The notes under the pieces: generated by a model
Seen by the model: only the letters and a program-made list of their open reading frames with translations
Told to the model about the DNA's origin: nothing
Database searches by the model: none
Program-made: the position numbers and the translations under genes
Shown: positions 45,568 through 54,826 of the stretch, in pieces
Layout of the letters: each line of letters begins with the position of its first letter
Numbering within the stretch: position 1 is the first letter of the stretch
Virus record (IMG/VR): IMGVR_UViG_3300024346_000011
Reading direction: 5' to 3' (one strand)
DNA from: a virus
DNA length: 64,000 bases

Positions 45568-46679
45568 TAATCGTTATCGTAATTATATGCACATTGATCG
45601 TGCAAGTTCTTTATTTTACTCTTAATAAGTGCCTTAGTTTCATCGTCTTTTTGCATACCATCAATATACATATTACATAGATGGAGAATGTTATAATTTT
45701 TATACAGATCCTCAATCTCATCCATGTCATATAGATCCTTATCTACAAAGGTTTCCTGCTCATAGATATTTGGTTCAATTTTACGACCAATTTCTTGTAT
45801 AGTATTAATAAATTTACTTAATGCATTTGAAGCTGCAATATGAGATGGAACATATAGATCTACAAAGTTATTACGAATCTCATTTTTAAATTCACCTAGA
45901 GGTACATTATAGAGACTTGTAAGATAGGTCTTAATAAACTTAGGTGATATTGTATTTTCAAAGAAAGTTTCCTGCATGGTCTCTAAATCAACCAGGTCAA
46001 ATCCTTTGGAATTGTTCATATCACTTCTTGTCAATTGATATGGAACTCCAACCATTCTCAATTTGCCACGTTGTTGGCGATAGTGAATGTGACCTGAATA
46101 AACTGATATAAACTTATCATACGAGTTTGCTTCAACACCATGCTCGTTAGTTACTTTAGCATTCAATTTAATTCCACGAACTTCAGAGTGACAAAATACA
46201 ATGTTTGCTTTTGGGTATTCTGCAAGTGTTTCAACTTCATGCTCTGCATCTTTTCTCCACGGCATTAAGAGAACATTCTTACCAGACCAATTGTATTGTG
46301 CGCATTCTTTATAAATTTGCACGTTTGGAATCCATTTAAGAGAATCAATTGAAGTAATTTCATTACTCTTTTTTGCCCAAATATCGTGATTACCTGCGAT
46401 CACATGGACTGGTAGGATTTGACCAAGTCTTTCAAAAAGATCTACAGCATAGTGTAAAACTTTAAGGTTGATTGATTGTCTATTATCAAAAGAATCTCCA
46501 ACCTGAACTAGCACATCACCTTCTTGGACGTGCTCTTTCAAGGTTGGAATAAACTGATTCTCATAAAAATCTTTTTGGATTTCAAGCCATTCCATTGAGT
46601 TAGCTCTAATGCCTAAGTGCATATCACCTAGAATCCAAATTCGTTTTACCGGTTTGGCTAGTGTTTTTGCATCAATCAT
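45567..46679 (-). CDS. gp47: Recombination nuclease subunit (SbcD/Mre11-like)
   Basis: GDMHLG, GDSFDNR, GNHD, SGHIH. Confidence 0.92.
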   Translation of the reverse strand: MIDAKTLAKPVKRIWILGDMHLGIRANSMEWLEIQKDFYENQFIPTLKEHVQEGDVLVQVGDSFDNRQSINLKVLHYAVDLFERLGQILPVHVIAGNHDIWAKKSNEITSIDSLKWIPNVQIYKECAQYNWSGKNVLLMPWRKDAEHEVETLAEYPKANIVFCHSEVRGIKLNAKVTNEHGVEANSYDKFISVYSGHIHYRQQRGKLRMVGVPYQLTRSDMNNSKGFDLVDLETMQETFFENTISPKFIKTYLTSLYNVPLGEFKNEIRNNFVDLYVPSHIAASNALSKFINTIQEIGRKIEPNIYEQETFVDKDLYDMDEIEDLYKNYNILHLCNMYIDGMQKDDETKALIKSKIKNLHDQCAYNYDND

Positions 46680-46681
46680 AA

Positions 46682-47125
46682 TTAAAACAATCTGTTAATA
46701 TTCTTACGCTTCAGTATTCCTGTTCTTTGATCTAATTCTTCAATTAGTTCTTCTTTAAATTTATTACCGAGTGACTGATAAAATTTAGTTGGATTAATGT
46801 TAAAGTAATCGCACAATTCTGAAAATATATCAACTATAGAATGTTTTTGGCGCATTTCATCGCTAATGTATTCATACACTTGATTAATGTCAAGTTTTTT
46901 TAACTTATCTACTTGCTGAAATTCATCAATTTCATTAAACTTTTTGAATCTAGACTTTTGAATTAATTCATGGATCTGAGCTGCAATTAATTTAGCTTCA
47001 ATCTTATCTTCTTCATCGCGATCGTCAATCGCAGTTGGAGAAATATTGAAACTCATACCAGCATCAAACTCATACTCTGTTTCTTCAAAAGTATTATCAA
47101 ATATTTTATCTCTTTTTGTTCTCAT
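46682..47125 (-). CDS. Putative late-transcription coactivator (gp33-like C-terminal domain)
   Basis: SIVDIFSELCDYFNINP...LGNKFKEELIEE...IL resembles the gp33 pattern. Confidence 0.4.
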   Translation of the reverse strand: MRTKRDKIFDNTFEETEYEFDAGMSFNISPTAIDDRDEEDKIEAKLIAAQIHELIQKSRFKKFNEIDEFQQVDKLKKLDINQVYEYISDEMRQKHSIVDIFSELCDYFNINPTKFYQSLGNKFKEELIEELDQRTGILKRKNINRLF

Positions 47126-48438
47126 TATAAAGCATGTATGTTAGAGTTGGTAACTTCATCGGTTTCTGTAAGGCGCATATAATCATAATTAATCATCAGT
47201 TTACATTTTGTGCCCTTACCTTCTCCATCTCTAATTTTTAAAATCTTCAACCAGTACTCGTTACTAGCGTGCATCAATTGGTCTTGAATAATACCTAACA
47301 TCATATCTGCTGTGTGGGAAAGACCTGAAGATTCTGCAACGTCACCCATTGTAATATCACTCGAATTGTAATTATTACGATTGATCTGGGTTGCTGTAAC
47401 GATTAACCATTTATTACGTATACCCATAGCTCTAAGATCTTCTGCAATTTGCTTAATCTTCAAATAAGTATTCTCAGAGTTTGGGTTTCTATAATTAGCT
47501 AGGATGTTAATATAGTCAATAACAACACAACCTAATTTAATCTTTCTCTCTTCTTCAATCTGCTTTAAGTAAGCTTCAATGTCATTAACCGTTGCTTGTG
47601 AAGTCGGGAATTGTTTAACAAACAAATTACCAGGAGGGGTAAATCCATCACCAACATTCTCCAATTTACGTTTAATCAATTCAACGTTCTTAGATTTTTC
47701 ATCATATTCATGAATTGGAATTGAGAGCAAGTTTGCACCTAAACGTTTTACAACTTTCTTAGCCGCCATCTCCGCTGAAATGAATGCAGTATTAACTCCC
47801 ATTTTAACAAAGGTTGCCGCATCATTTGCTAAGTAGATTGATTTACCGATGTTTTGTTCACCAACGTAAACAACTAATGAACCATCTTTATCATATCCAC
47901 CATTAAGTACTCGATCTAGAAATTGATAGCCACTGCTTACTTTAGAAGAAGAATCTGGAATGTGATCTGTTGGATTAAAGAAATCTAATCCAATATCTGA
48001 ATTAAATACAATAGAGTTTCTATCGTTAATCAGTGTTTTAACTTTAGATACAATATCATCTACATTCTCTGGGGTAACCTCGGTTGTTTTAACGAACTCG
48101 ATAGTATCCATCAACGTAGAATCAAATGTTCTCCATTTAATCCATGATTCTATTGTAGATTGTAACCATTCCTCATCGTATGTGCTAATGTCAACTCCAT
48201 AAACCAGATCAATAATATCTTCATCGATTTTATGCTTAACCTTAGGGCTATTGCTGAGAGCAATCATTTGCTCTCGGCTTGGAGTTTCCTTAAACTTCTC
48301 ATGAAACTTAACTGCCAAGTATTGCATTGAATCAATATCTTCAGAGGTGTAATATCCTCTCTTGATTGATTGTAAATACTTTGGCTTAAGTAGAGAAAGC
48401 TTAAAGAATATTTTTTCGAATTCTTGTCCGAATTTCAT
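47125..48438 (-). CDS. gp41: Replicative DnaB-like helicase
   Basis: GEQNIGKS, ISAEM, VIDYIN, AEDLR, TATQINR, ES..L..TAD, KIRDG. Confidence 0.92.
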   Translation of the reverse strand: MKFGQEFEKIFFKLSLLKPKYLQSIKRGYYTSEDIDSMQYLAVKFHEKFKETPSREQMIALSNSPKVKHKIDEDIIDLVYGVDISTYDEEWLQSTIESWIKWRTFDSTLMDTIEFVKTTEVTPENVDDIVSKVKTLINDRNSIVFNSDIGLDFFNPTDHIPDSSSKVSSGYQFLDRVLNGGYDKDGSLVVYVGEQNIGKSIYLANDAATFVKMGVNTAFISAEMAAKKVVKRLGANLLSIPIHEYDEKSKNVELIKRKLENVGDGFTPPGNLFVKQFPTSQATVNDIEAYLKQIEEERKIKLGCVVIDYINILANYRNPNSENTYLKIKQIAEDLRAMGIRNKWLIVTATQINRNNYNSSDITMGDVAESSGLSHTADMMLGIIQDQLMHASNEYWLKILKIRDGEGKGTKCKLMINYDYMRLTETDEVTNSNIHAL

Positions 48439-48458
48439 TAGCGTAGTTATTTGTTATA

Positions 48459-48485
48459 TTATAAAGATAATATAGAGCTTGTTTC
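48459..48485 (-). promoter_or_regulatory. Middle-type promoter GAAAC-N17-TATAA
   Basis: Upstream of the helicase gene. Confidence 0.65.
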
Positions 48486-48486
48486 A

Positions 48487-49059
48487 CTATTGGAGCTCAA
48501 TAAATCCTTGCCCAACTGACCAAGGCTCCTGTGCCCATACATTAATTGCAATGCCGCGGCGGGTACCAGTCAATACTTTGGTAACACCATGTACTACTTC
48601 TCCTGGATTGAAAATAACTAATCGGTTTGGAAGGGCTTTAACCAATTCGGGTTCTTCTTGCTCGCCGCTTGTGTAAATTGCAAGATCTCCACCAGTAAAC
48701 TCAGAACCAATTGGATAATAAACACATCCCATAATTGGAAACATTCTATCACCGGTTTGTTTTCTATAATTTACATCATCATCGAAGTGTAATTCCAAAT
48801 AATCTCTGCGGCCTTCAATTTCAGCACTCTGAATACCTGTCCAGTATTCAAATCCATCTGCCTCAATTAACATTGCCAATGGGAAATTGTCTCCCCAGAT
48901 ATATTGAGCTAATTTCTGGCCAATATTAGAAGCTGGTTTAGTCCACCAACCTTTCCAATATTTGTATTTACCGGTTTCGCCAAATAATTCTTGTTCTGCT
49001 TGAGCAATTTCATTTAAAAGTTGCTCATCTTTAATAAAGTTATCAAATACTGCTATCAT
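48487..49059 (-). CDS. 2OG-Fe(II) oxygenase
   Basis: HFD, GGDL, NRLVIF, HGV...R..I.VW. Confidence 0.8.
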   Translation of the reverse strand: MIAVFDNFIKDEQLLNEIAQAEQELFGETGKYKYWKGWWTKPASNIGQKLAQYIWGDNFPLAMLIEADGFEYWTGIQSAEIEGRRDYLELHFDDDVNYRKQTGDRMFPIMGCVYYPIGSEFTGGDLAIYTSGEQEEPELVKALPNRLVIFNPGEVVHGVTKVLTGTRRGIAINVWAQEPWSVGQGFIELQ

Positions 49060-49364
49060 ATAAAAGGATTTATTTTAATTTCATAGGTTTCTTTACCTGG
49101 TTCTTCTTTAATTTGTTCAATCAGCCCGAGCTGAATAGCCTTTTTTAATCCTTCCATTGCATTCTCAGTATTTCCTTTTGAGTAATATTTTAACAATGCA
49201 TGTTGTGTGAAAGTTTCTTTTTGGCGATCAGGGCGTCTAATTGCTGCATTAATGAAAATATACAATATGTCAAAGGCATCTGGAAAAGCTTCCAATTGTT
49301 CTTGGATGCCTAATACATATTTAATAGGCAATTTATCCTCGTTAATATTGTGAATATCTACCAT
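49056..49364 (-). CDS. Hypothetical protein (possible winged helix)
   Basis: TAATG-coupled to uvsX; GLKKAIQLGLIE...YEIK. Confidence 0.6.
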   Translation of the reverse strand: MVDIHNINEDKLPIKYVLGIQEQLEAFPDAFDILYIFINAAIRRPDRQKETFTQHALLKYYSKGNTENAMEGLKKAIQLGLIEQIKEEPGKETYEIKINPFI

Positions 49365-50470
49365 TATTCTACAGTGTCAAAGATTTCTTCGATGTCCATA
49401 TCCTCTGCCTCTGTATTATAATTAAATAGAGGTTGAATCTTCTTATCGATCTTTTCTAAAACTTCACGAGTAAATACTTTCTCAGTAAAGAATTCTGCAT
49501 TGGTTACGGTTTCATCAAGGTGTTTACAGATCCAGTTACGTGCAGATGATTTAGGGATCTTTTCTCCTTTTTCAATAACTCCACGCGTAATTCCAATATC
49601 CTCCCACTCAATGTATTGCTCTAAACCAACGTAAGGATTCATACCTTTAGTGTAATGTAAATGGAATTTGATTGGATTTGGTTTTGCAAAACGATTCTTG
49701 TTTGGCTTTGCGGTTACAACAATACCTGTTTTCTCTGCACCTTCTTTCAATTGAGCCTTATTCAAGAATAGAACAATTGAAGCCGCATATTCAGGACCGG
49801 TACCACCACCAGCAACTTGACGTGCAATAAAATCTTGAGTCATGTAGGTGTGGTTCGTAAAGATGAATGGAATCTTAAGATCTGCCATTGGTGTCATAAT
49901 GATACGGAAGATTGACTTAAGAATCTTTGAACGTGTCATATCACTCTTATCAGATCCAGAAACTGCATCATCAATCTCCTTTTGAGTTGCAAGGTTACCT
50001 GCTGAATCAAGGATAATCATTATCTTTGGTAATTCAGAGCCGGCTCGCTTTGCGTCTTGCATCTTTTTAGTTAACGTTGTGACTGATTGGCGGAAATCTT
50101 GAACTGTATTAACTGGTTGATAGTTTACTTTAGAAACATCAATACCAAATTTAATCATTTGCTCTCGATCTACAGCCGCTTCAGAATCGTAATATACAAC
50201 ATTATAACCCATATTGATTGCTTCACGCACTGAATTAAGGGTCAAGAATGTTTTACCAGTTCCAGATGGACCAGCAATGGAACATGAACGGTTGTTTGGC
50301 CAACCACCAAATAGAGAGCCGCTCAGACACGCATTTAAGTGATAATTACCAGTGTGAATCCACTCAGTAACTTCACTAAAGTTTGATTGCTCCATAACTG
50401 ACCCAAGCGGATTGAGACTTGCCAATTCCGCGTTTAAGTCGTCGAATGTAAATTGTTTACCTTTAGCCAT
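49364..50470 (-). CDS. uvsX: RecA-like recombinase
   Basis: GPSGTGKT, YDSE, LDSAGNL, TNHTY, GGG.GPEY, KNRF. Confidence 0.92.
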   Translation of the reverse strand: MAKGKQFTFDDLNAELASLNPLGSVMEQSNFSEVTEWIHTGNYHLNACLSGSLFGGWPNNRSCSIAGPSGTGKTFLTLNSVREAINMGYNVVYYDSEAAVDREQMIKFGIDVSKVNYQPVNTVQDFRQSVTTLTKKMQDAKRAGSELPKIMIILDSAGNLATQKEIDDAVSGSDKSDMTRSKILKSIFRIIMTPMADLKIPFIFTNHTYMTQDFIARQVAGGGTGPEYAASIVLFLNKAQLKEGAEKTGIVVTAKPNKNRFAKPNPIKFHLHYTKGMNPYVGLEQYIEWEDIGITRGVIEKGEKIPKSSARNWICKHLDETVTNAEFFTEKVFTREVLEKIDKKIQPLFNYNTEAEDMDIEEIFDTVE

Positions 50471-50481
50471 TATTTTCGTTA

Positions 50482-50664
50482 TTATCTTTTTTGTCTTAGT
50501 TTTTCAAGGTTCTCAATCAGTTCATGGGTCTCTTCCTGAATCTCAGCCATTTGAGATTTCAAGATTCTGAGACGAGTATGAATCATTTGATATTCCTTAA
50601 TTTTTTCTCGTTGCTCTTGTGTTAAAGATTCTAAATCTTTTTCTGAAAATGTTTCAAAGTCCAT
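50482..50664 (-). CDS. Small coiled-coil protein
   Basis: Likely start MDFETF. Confidence 0.6.
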   Translation of the reverse strand: MDFETFSEKDLESLTQEQREKIKEYQMIHTRLRILKSQMAEIQEETHELIENLEKLRQKR

Positions 50665-50665
50665 A

Positions 50666-50833
50666 TTACTTTTCTTTTTTTGTTTCAGCAATTAATTGAT
50701 CCAATGTAATTTGTCTGGGATCAACTTTTACCTCATTGATTTTAGCATTCTTCCAATATAATTGTCTAACTGCTGCACCGAGTTCAATGTCATTTGACGT
50801 GTTCTCTACTAATCTTTTGATTTGCTCTTCCAT
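50666..50833 (-). CDS. Small hypothetical protein (55 aa)
   Basis: Not in the ORF track. MEEQIKRLVENTSNDIELGAAVRQLY... fills the gap exactly. Confidence 0.6.
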   Translation of the reverse strand: MEEQIKRLVENTSNDIELGAAVRQLYWKNAKINEVKVDPRQITLDQLIAETKKEK

Positions 50834-50835
50834 AA

Positions 50836-52035
50836 TTAAAATAATGATGTTGAATAAATTAAGTTTCTGTTTAGTGTTTGTAATCCAACTGCAACCAGAA
50901 CTCGATTCAATGGATCAATAACACTCTTTTCAAATTGAGTTTCATAATCGATTTCAGGTGCAATTTCGTATGGGTGATCGCCTGGCATATATGCAAACAT
51001 ATCACTAAGTGCATGCTTACAATGATACAACTTCAATTTCTCTCCGTTACCAATCATCTTATATTTGTTTTTATATTTAGGTGATTGATTCATTAAGTAA
51101 TTGTAGAATCCAGCCGCCTTCACGTTAGGAGGACATTTAGATCCAATCTGGAATTCAATTGTATCGTCAACAATATATTTTTCAATATTGTTTGTACGTT
51201 TATTAAACGAGATCTGATCGATATCTGCAAGCACGAATTCTTTCTTACCTTTCTTTAGATAATCAACCAGTTTTTTAAGAAGAGAAGCTGTTGGTTTTTC
51301 AGATAAAACAATCTTAATAGCTTCGGTCAAGTGTTTACGTGCAAGAGCTGGTGTTGAAGATTGAATAGTATCAAATCCAATTGTTTTAATCTTTTTAAGG
51401 GTTGGATATCGGTCATCAATATCTAATTTATCTTCCCATGCAATGTTTTGCAAATACTTTTTCTTTGCCAACCAGATTCCAGAGTATGCGATTGTTTCCA
51501 ATTCAAATACTAAGAAGTTATCCGTATTCATTACTTGAGCATACTTCTCCATTGCTTTTACAATATATTCATTCAATCTGAATTTGTAAAGCTTCATAAT
51601 GAATTGGTCAATTGACATTGATTCTCCGAGCCATTGAATAGATTCATACATTTCTTCAAACTGAACGTAACATGAATCTGTATCAATGTAAACAACTGCT
51701 GGTTTTACAGGAGCTTTAGAGACTTTAATGTTAAAATATTCATGCACTTGAGTATCTTTAATCCAGAAGTCTTGAAAATATTTGTTTAAGATCTTCTCAG
51801 AATAGAGAATAGCGCTTTGACCTTGAAGGGTAATTGATTCAGCAATATTAATATTAAAGAAATGGAACCACTTGTTACCGAATGCACCATAGATCGAGTT
51901 CAATGTAACTTTAACTGCTTGTTCATAAGCAGTATATTTGGCACTCATAGTTTCATAATAATCTATGAGTGCCTTCATTTCTTGAGCCGTTAATTCTTCT
52001 TCCGGCTTATTAATTAATTGTTGAATATCTGTCAT
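50836..52035 (-). CDS. Family B DNA polymerase, C-terminal subunit (gp43B-like)
   Basis: Motif B KVTLNSIYG, motif C YIDTDS, KKKY, QSSTP; C-terminal SLF clamp-binding-like tail. Confidence 0.9.
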   Translation of the reverse strand: MTDIQQLINKPEEELTAQEMKALIDYYETMSAKYTAYEQAVKVTLNSIYGAFGNKWFHFFNINIAESITLQGQSAILYSEKILNKYFQDFWIKDTQVHEYFNIKVSKAPVKPAVVYIDTDSCYVQFEEMYESIQWLGESMSIDQFIMKLYKFRLNEYIVKAMEKYAQVMNTDNFLVFELETIAYSGIWLAKKKYLQNIAWEDKLDIDDRYPTLKKIKTIGFDTIQSSTPALARKHLTEAIKIVLSEKPTASLLKKLVDYLKKGKKEFVLADIDQISFNKRTNNIEKYIVDDTIEFQIGSKCPPNVKAAGFYNYLMNQSPKYKNKYKMIGNGEKLKLYHCKHALSDMFAYMPGDHPYEIAPEIDYETQFEKSVIDPLNRVLVAVGLQTLNRNLIYSTSLF

Positions 52036-52036
52036 A

Positions 52037-52789
52037 TTATTCAGCTGTTTCGCAAGTTGCAATCGTTAGTAATGTTTCTGAGTCTAGTGAACGCAGAACT
52101 ACTCGATTTGCCAACACGTGAGCTGTATAATCTTCTTTATCAAGAAGGTTCAAGTATTTTTTGAATAGTGTAACTTTGGTTCCTTGTTGTCCATCATAAT
52201 CTGGAGTAACCAACATGTTGTAAGTAGAACCTGTCAACTTAACACCTTTACCATTTGCTTCGATTGAGAATGTTTCTTCTTTATCCAAACCAAAGAGTGA
52301 TTTAACCTTAGTAATGGTTGTGAAATCCATGTCGAATTTGCAAGATGCTCCGTCAGTATTGAAGATACCTTGGATTTGAGTGTCTGTCAAATCTTTGTAA
52401 CCCAATGAAGGATCTGAACATGCCAATGTAATTTCCAATTCGTCATTGAAGATGCGGAATGTAGTTGCTACGAAATCTTCTTCATTCTCAATAAATGAAA
52501 TTTCTGCTTGAATTGAATCATACTCAAATTGCTTAAAAGCTTCTGTCAATTTAGAAGCATCAAAGAAAGCAACTTTAAGTTCTTTTGTTACCTCTGTCAT
52601 GTTTTCAATTTGAAAAACTTGAGTAAGAGGAATTCGGTGGTGCTTTACGGCATCACGCTGTGGAAGATAAGCCGAAGAGATAACAATACCGTCTTTGATC
52701 TTAAAATACACAAATGAATCGATCAATTTAAGACGATTCACAAAACCAATAAAATTATTTTGGTCTACTTTGTTGATTGTAATATTCAT
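52037..52789 (-). CDS. Putative sliding clamp (gp45-like)
   Basis: 250 aa, beta-rich, adjacent to the polymerase gene; middle-type promoter upstream. Confidence 0.55.
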   Translation of the reverse strand: MNITINKVDQNNFIGFVNRLKLIDSFVYFKIKDGIVISSAYLPQRDAVKHHRIPLTQVFQIENMTEVTKELKVAFFDASKLTEAFKQFEYDSIQAEISFIENEEDFVATTFRIFNDELEITLACSDPSLGYKDLTDTQIQGIFNTDGASCKFDMDFTTITKVKSLFGLDKEETFSIEANGKGVKLTGSTYNMLVTPDYDGQQGTKVTLFKKYLNLLDKEDYTAHVLANRVVLRSLDSETLLTIATCETAE

Positions 52790-52815
52790 ACACTTATTAA
52801 TTAAACATTTAGGTA

Positions 52816-52842
52816 TTATAACGTGATATGAATAAAAGTTTC
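52816..52842 (-). promoter_or_regulatory. Middle-type promoter GAAAC-N17-TATAA
   Basis: Upstream of the clamp/polymerase genes. Confidence 0.65.
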
Positions 52843-52844
52843 AA

Positions 52845-52923
52845 AAAGAAAAAGCCAGCTGGGGAGAGCTGGCTTAACACCTCTTTCTAGGAGGCGGTTG
52901 ATTTAGTATAACAACCTATGTTG
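52845..52923 (-). ncRNA. Candidate small RNA (about 75-80 nt) with its own late promoter and terminator
   Basis: GATATATA at 52924-52931, then hairpins GGTTG/CAACC, GCCTC/GAGGT and AAGCCAGCT-CTCCCC-AGCTGGCTT plus a T tract; no ORF. Confidence 0.5.
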
Positions 52924-52932
52924 TATATATCC

Positions 52933-53023
52933 AAAAAAAGTGAAGCCGGGAGTAGCGAATCCCCCGGCCTCTTTCCGTTACCAGTGAACGGTCCTAAGAG
53001 TGGCCATCACAGCCACACCTTCT
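52933..53023 (-). ncRNA. GC-rich three-hairpin structured RNA element 3' of nrdA
   Basis: GTGGC/GCCAC, CCGTT/AACGG, GAGGCCGGGGG-ATTCGCTA-CTCCCGGCTTC plus T7; G-U pairs form only on the minus strand. Confidence 0.5.
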
Positions 53024-54808
53024 TTATCCGTCGCAGCTTAAGCAATCTGGATCCATTGCTCTCGCAGCAATATCTCCTCTTAATACTGACTCGGTTCTCA
53101 TATAATAGAGAGTTTTAATCCCTAATTCATACGCTTCTAAGTGAACTTGGTTAATGAATTTTGGTTCTGCCTCCTTTGGGAAAGCCAAATTCAATGAAAC
53201 TGCTTGATCAACATATTGTTGTCTAACACCAGCTTGACGAACCAATTCCATTTGATTAATTTCTTTAAATGTTTTAAATACATCTTTTACCCAATCAATC
53301 TCTTTATTATCAATTGAAGATTGCGGAATATCTTTAATGTTTAATAATTTACCATTAACATATCCCCAATTATCTAATTCATTGACATCTTGTACTGATC
53401 CTCCGTCTTCAAGAATTTTATCCCAAGTTGCTTTATTATTAATTCCAATCTTCTTGAATACTTTTTCCAATTCTGGATTTTTACGAATGAATGTACCTTT
53501 TGCAGTTTGCTCTGTAAAGATATTAGCCGCCCATGGCTCAATACCTGGAGAAACGTTACCTGCCAATTTAGAATTTGATACTGTTGGTGCAATAGCTCTT
53601 AAGTGAGTGTTTCGCATTCCAGTTCCTACACACCATAGTGGTTCTCCCATTTCTTTTGCCATATCGCGAGAAGCTCTTTCAGATTCAATCTTAATTTGTG
53701 AAAAGATCTTACGGGTTTCAAACTGAGCTGGCAAAGAATCAAATATAATTCCACGTTCTTGTAAATATGTGTGCCATCCTAGAACTCCAAGTCCAAGTGC
53801 TCTTCCTTTTTCAGCTGAACGTACTGAGTTCTCAAATCCACGCATATATTTTGCACGTTGGATAAATTCCTCCAATACTCCGTCAAGGAACCAAGTTGCT
53901 GTGTAAATAAGATCAGTATCTTTCCATTCATCGTACTTTGCTAAATTCACAGAAGAAAGACAGCATACAAATGAGTGGTTCTCATCTGTATGAAGGGCAA
54001 TTTCAGAGCAAATGTTTGTCATATAAACTTTCAGCCCGTTCTGCTTATACGCATCTGGATTTGCTCTGTTAATATTACCCTTAAATACGATATAAGGTTC
54101 ACCAGTTGCTCTACGCTTTCTAAGTACTGCAGCCCAACGCTTACGTGCCTCTTTATCACCATCTTTAACTTTTTGCATGAAGCCATCAGAAACAATAATT
54201 GATTGGTGCATATTCAAGGATTGACGGTTAACATCACCCTTTGGTTCGCGAATCTCTAACCATTCCCAGAAATCACCATGCTCAATATCAATGTTTACTG
54301 AAGCTGCTCCTCTACGAACTGAACCTTGGTTGGTGGCCAAAATTGATGAGTCGTAAATTTTAATGAATGGAACTACACCATCAGAAGTTCCATTTTGATT
54401 AATTTTAGCACCAGCAGGACGGATCATATTTACCCCAATACCTACGCCGCCGCCGTGCTTTGCCAATAACATCAATTCGCGGTTCTTTGTTCCAATTTCA
54501 TCAATTGAATCGCCTACATCAATACCAAAACATGAGATTGGCAAGCCTCTTTCAGTTCCAGTATTTGAAAGAACTGGTGTTGCTAAATTTAACCAGCCTT
54601 TCCAGATATAATCAAAGAATTTTGATGCCATTTCTGGCTTTTGTAATCTTTTTGCAACTGTTGTCGCTACTCTCCAGTATGCATCTTTTGGAGTTTCCCC
54701 CTTTAATAAGTATCCCTTAGAGACTGTTTTAACATAGGTTTCTGTATTTCCCCAGATAGGAAAATCGACACCAAGTTCCCAGCCTAACTGTTCTCCATGA
54801 TTCGTCAT
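53024..54808 (-). CDS. nrdA: Class I ribonucleotide reductase alpha subunit (no ATP cone)
   Basis: ATPVLSN, PISCF, GGGVG, TNICSEI, CCLSS, APTVS, KTLYY, C-terminal CLSC. Confidence 0.95.
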   Translation of the reverse strand: MTNHGEQLGWELGVDFPIWGNTETYVKTVSKGYLLKGETPKDAYWRVATTVAKRLQKPEMASKFFDYIWKGWLNLATPVLSNTGTERGLPISCFGIDVGDSIDEIGTKNRELMLLAKHGGGVGIGVNMIRPAGAKINQNGTSDGVVPFIKIYDSSILATNQGSVRRGAASVNIDIEHGDFWEWLEIREPKGDVNRQSLNMHQSIIVSDGFMQKVKDGDKEARKRWAAVLRKRRATGEPYIVFKGNINRANPDAYKQNGLKVYMTNICSEIALHTDENHSFVCCLSSVNLAKYDEWKDTDLIYTATWFLDGVLEEFIQRAKYMRGFENSVRSAEKGRALGLGVLGWHTYLQERGIIFDSLPAQFETRKIFSQIKIESERASRDMAKEMGEPLWCVGTGMRNTHLRAIAPTVSNSKLAGNVSPGIEPWAANIFTEQTAKGTFIRKNPELEKVFKKIGINNKATWDKILEDGGSVQDVNELDNWGYVNGKLLNIKDIPQSSIDNKEIDWVKDVFKTFKEINQMELVRQAGVRQQYVDQAVSLNLAFPKEAEPKFINQVHLEAYELGIKTLYYMRTESVLRGDIAARAMDPDCLSCDG

Positions 54809-54826
54809 ATAACTCTTAATTTTTAA

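Noticed and set aside
52933-53023. Twister, pistol or hammerhead ribozyme, or tRNA identity for the structured element
   Set aside because: CGGTCCTAAG resembles a twister segment, but the required pairings and other conserved nucleotides are missing; no CUGANGA/GAAA core and no acceptor stem.
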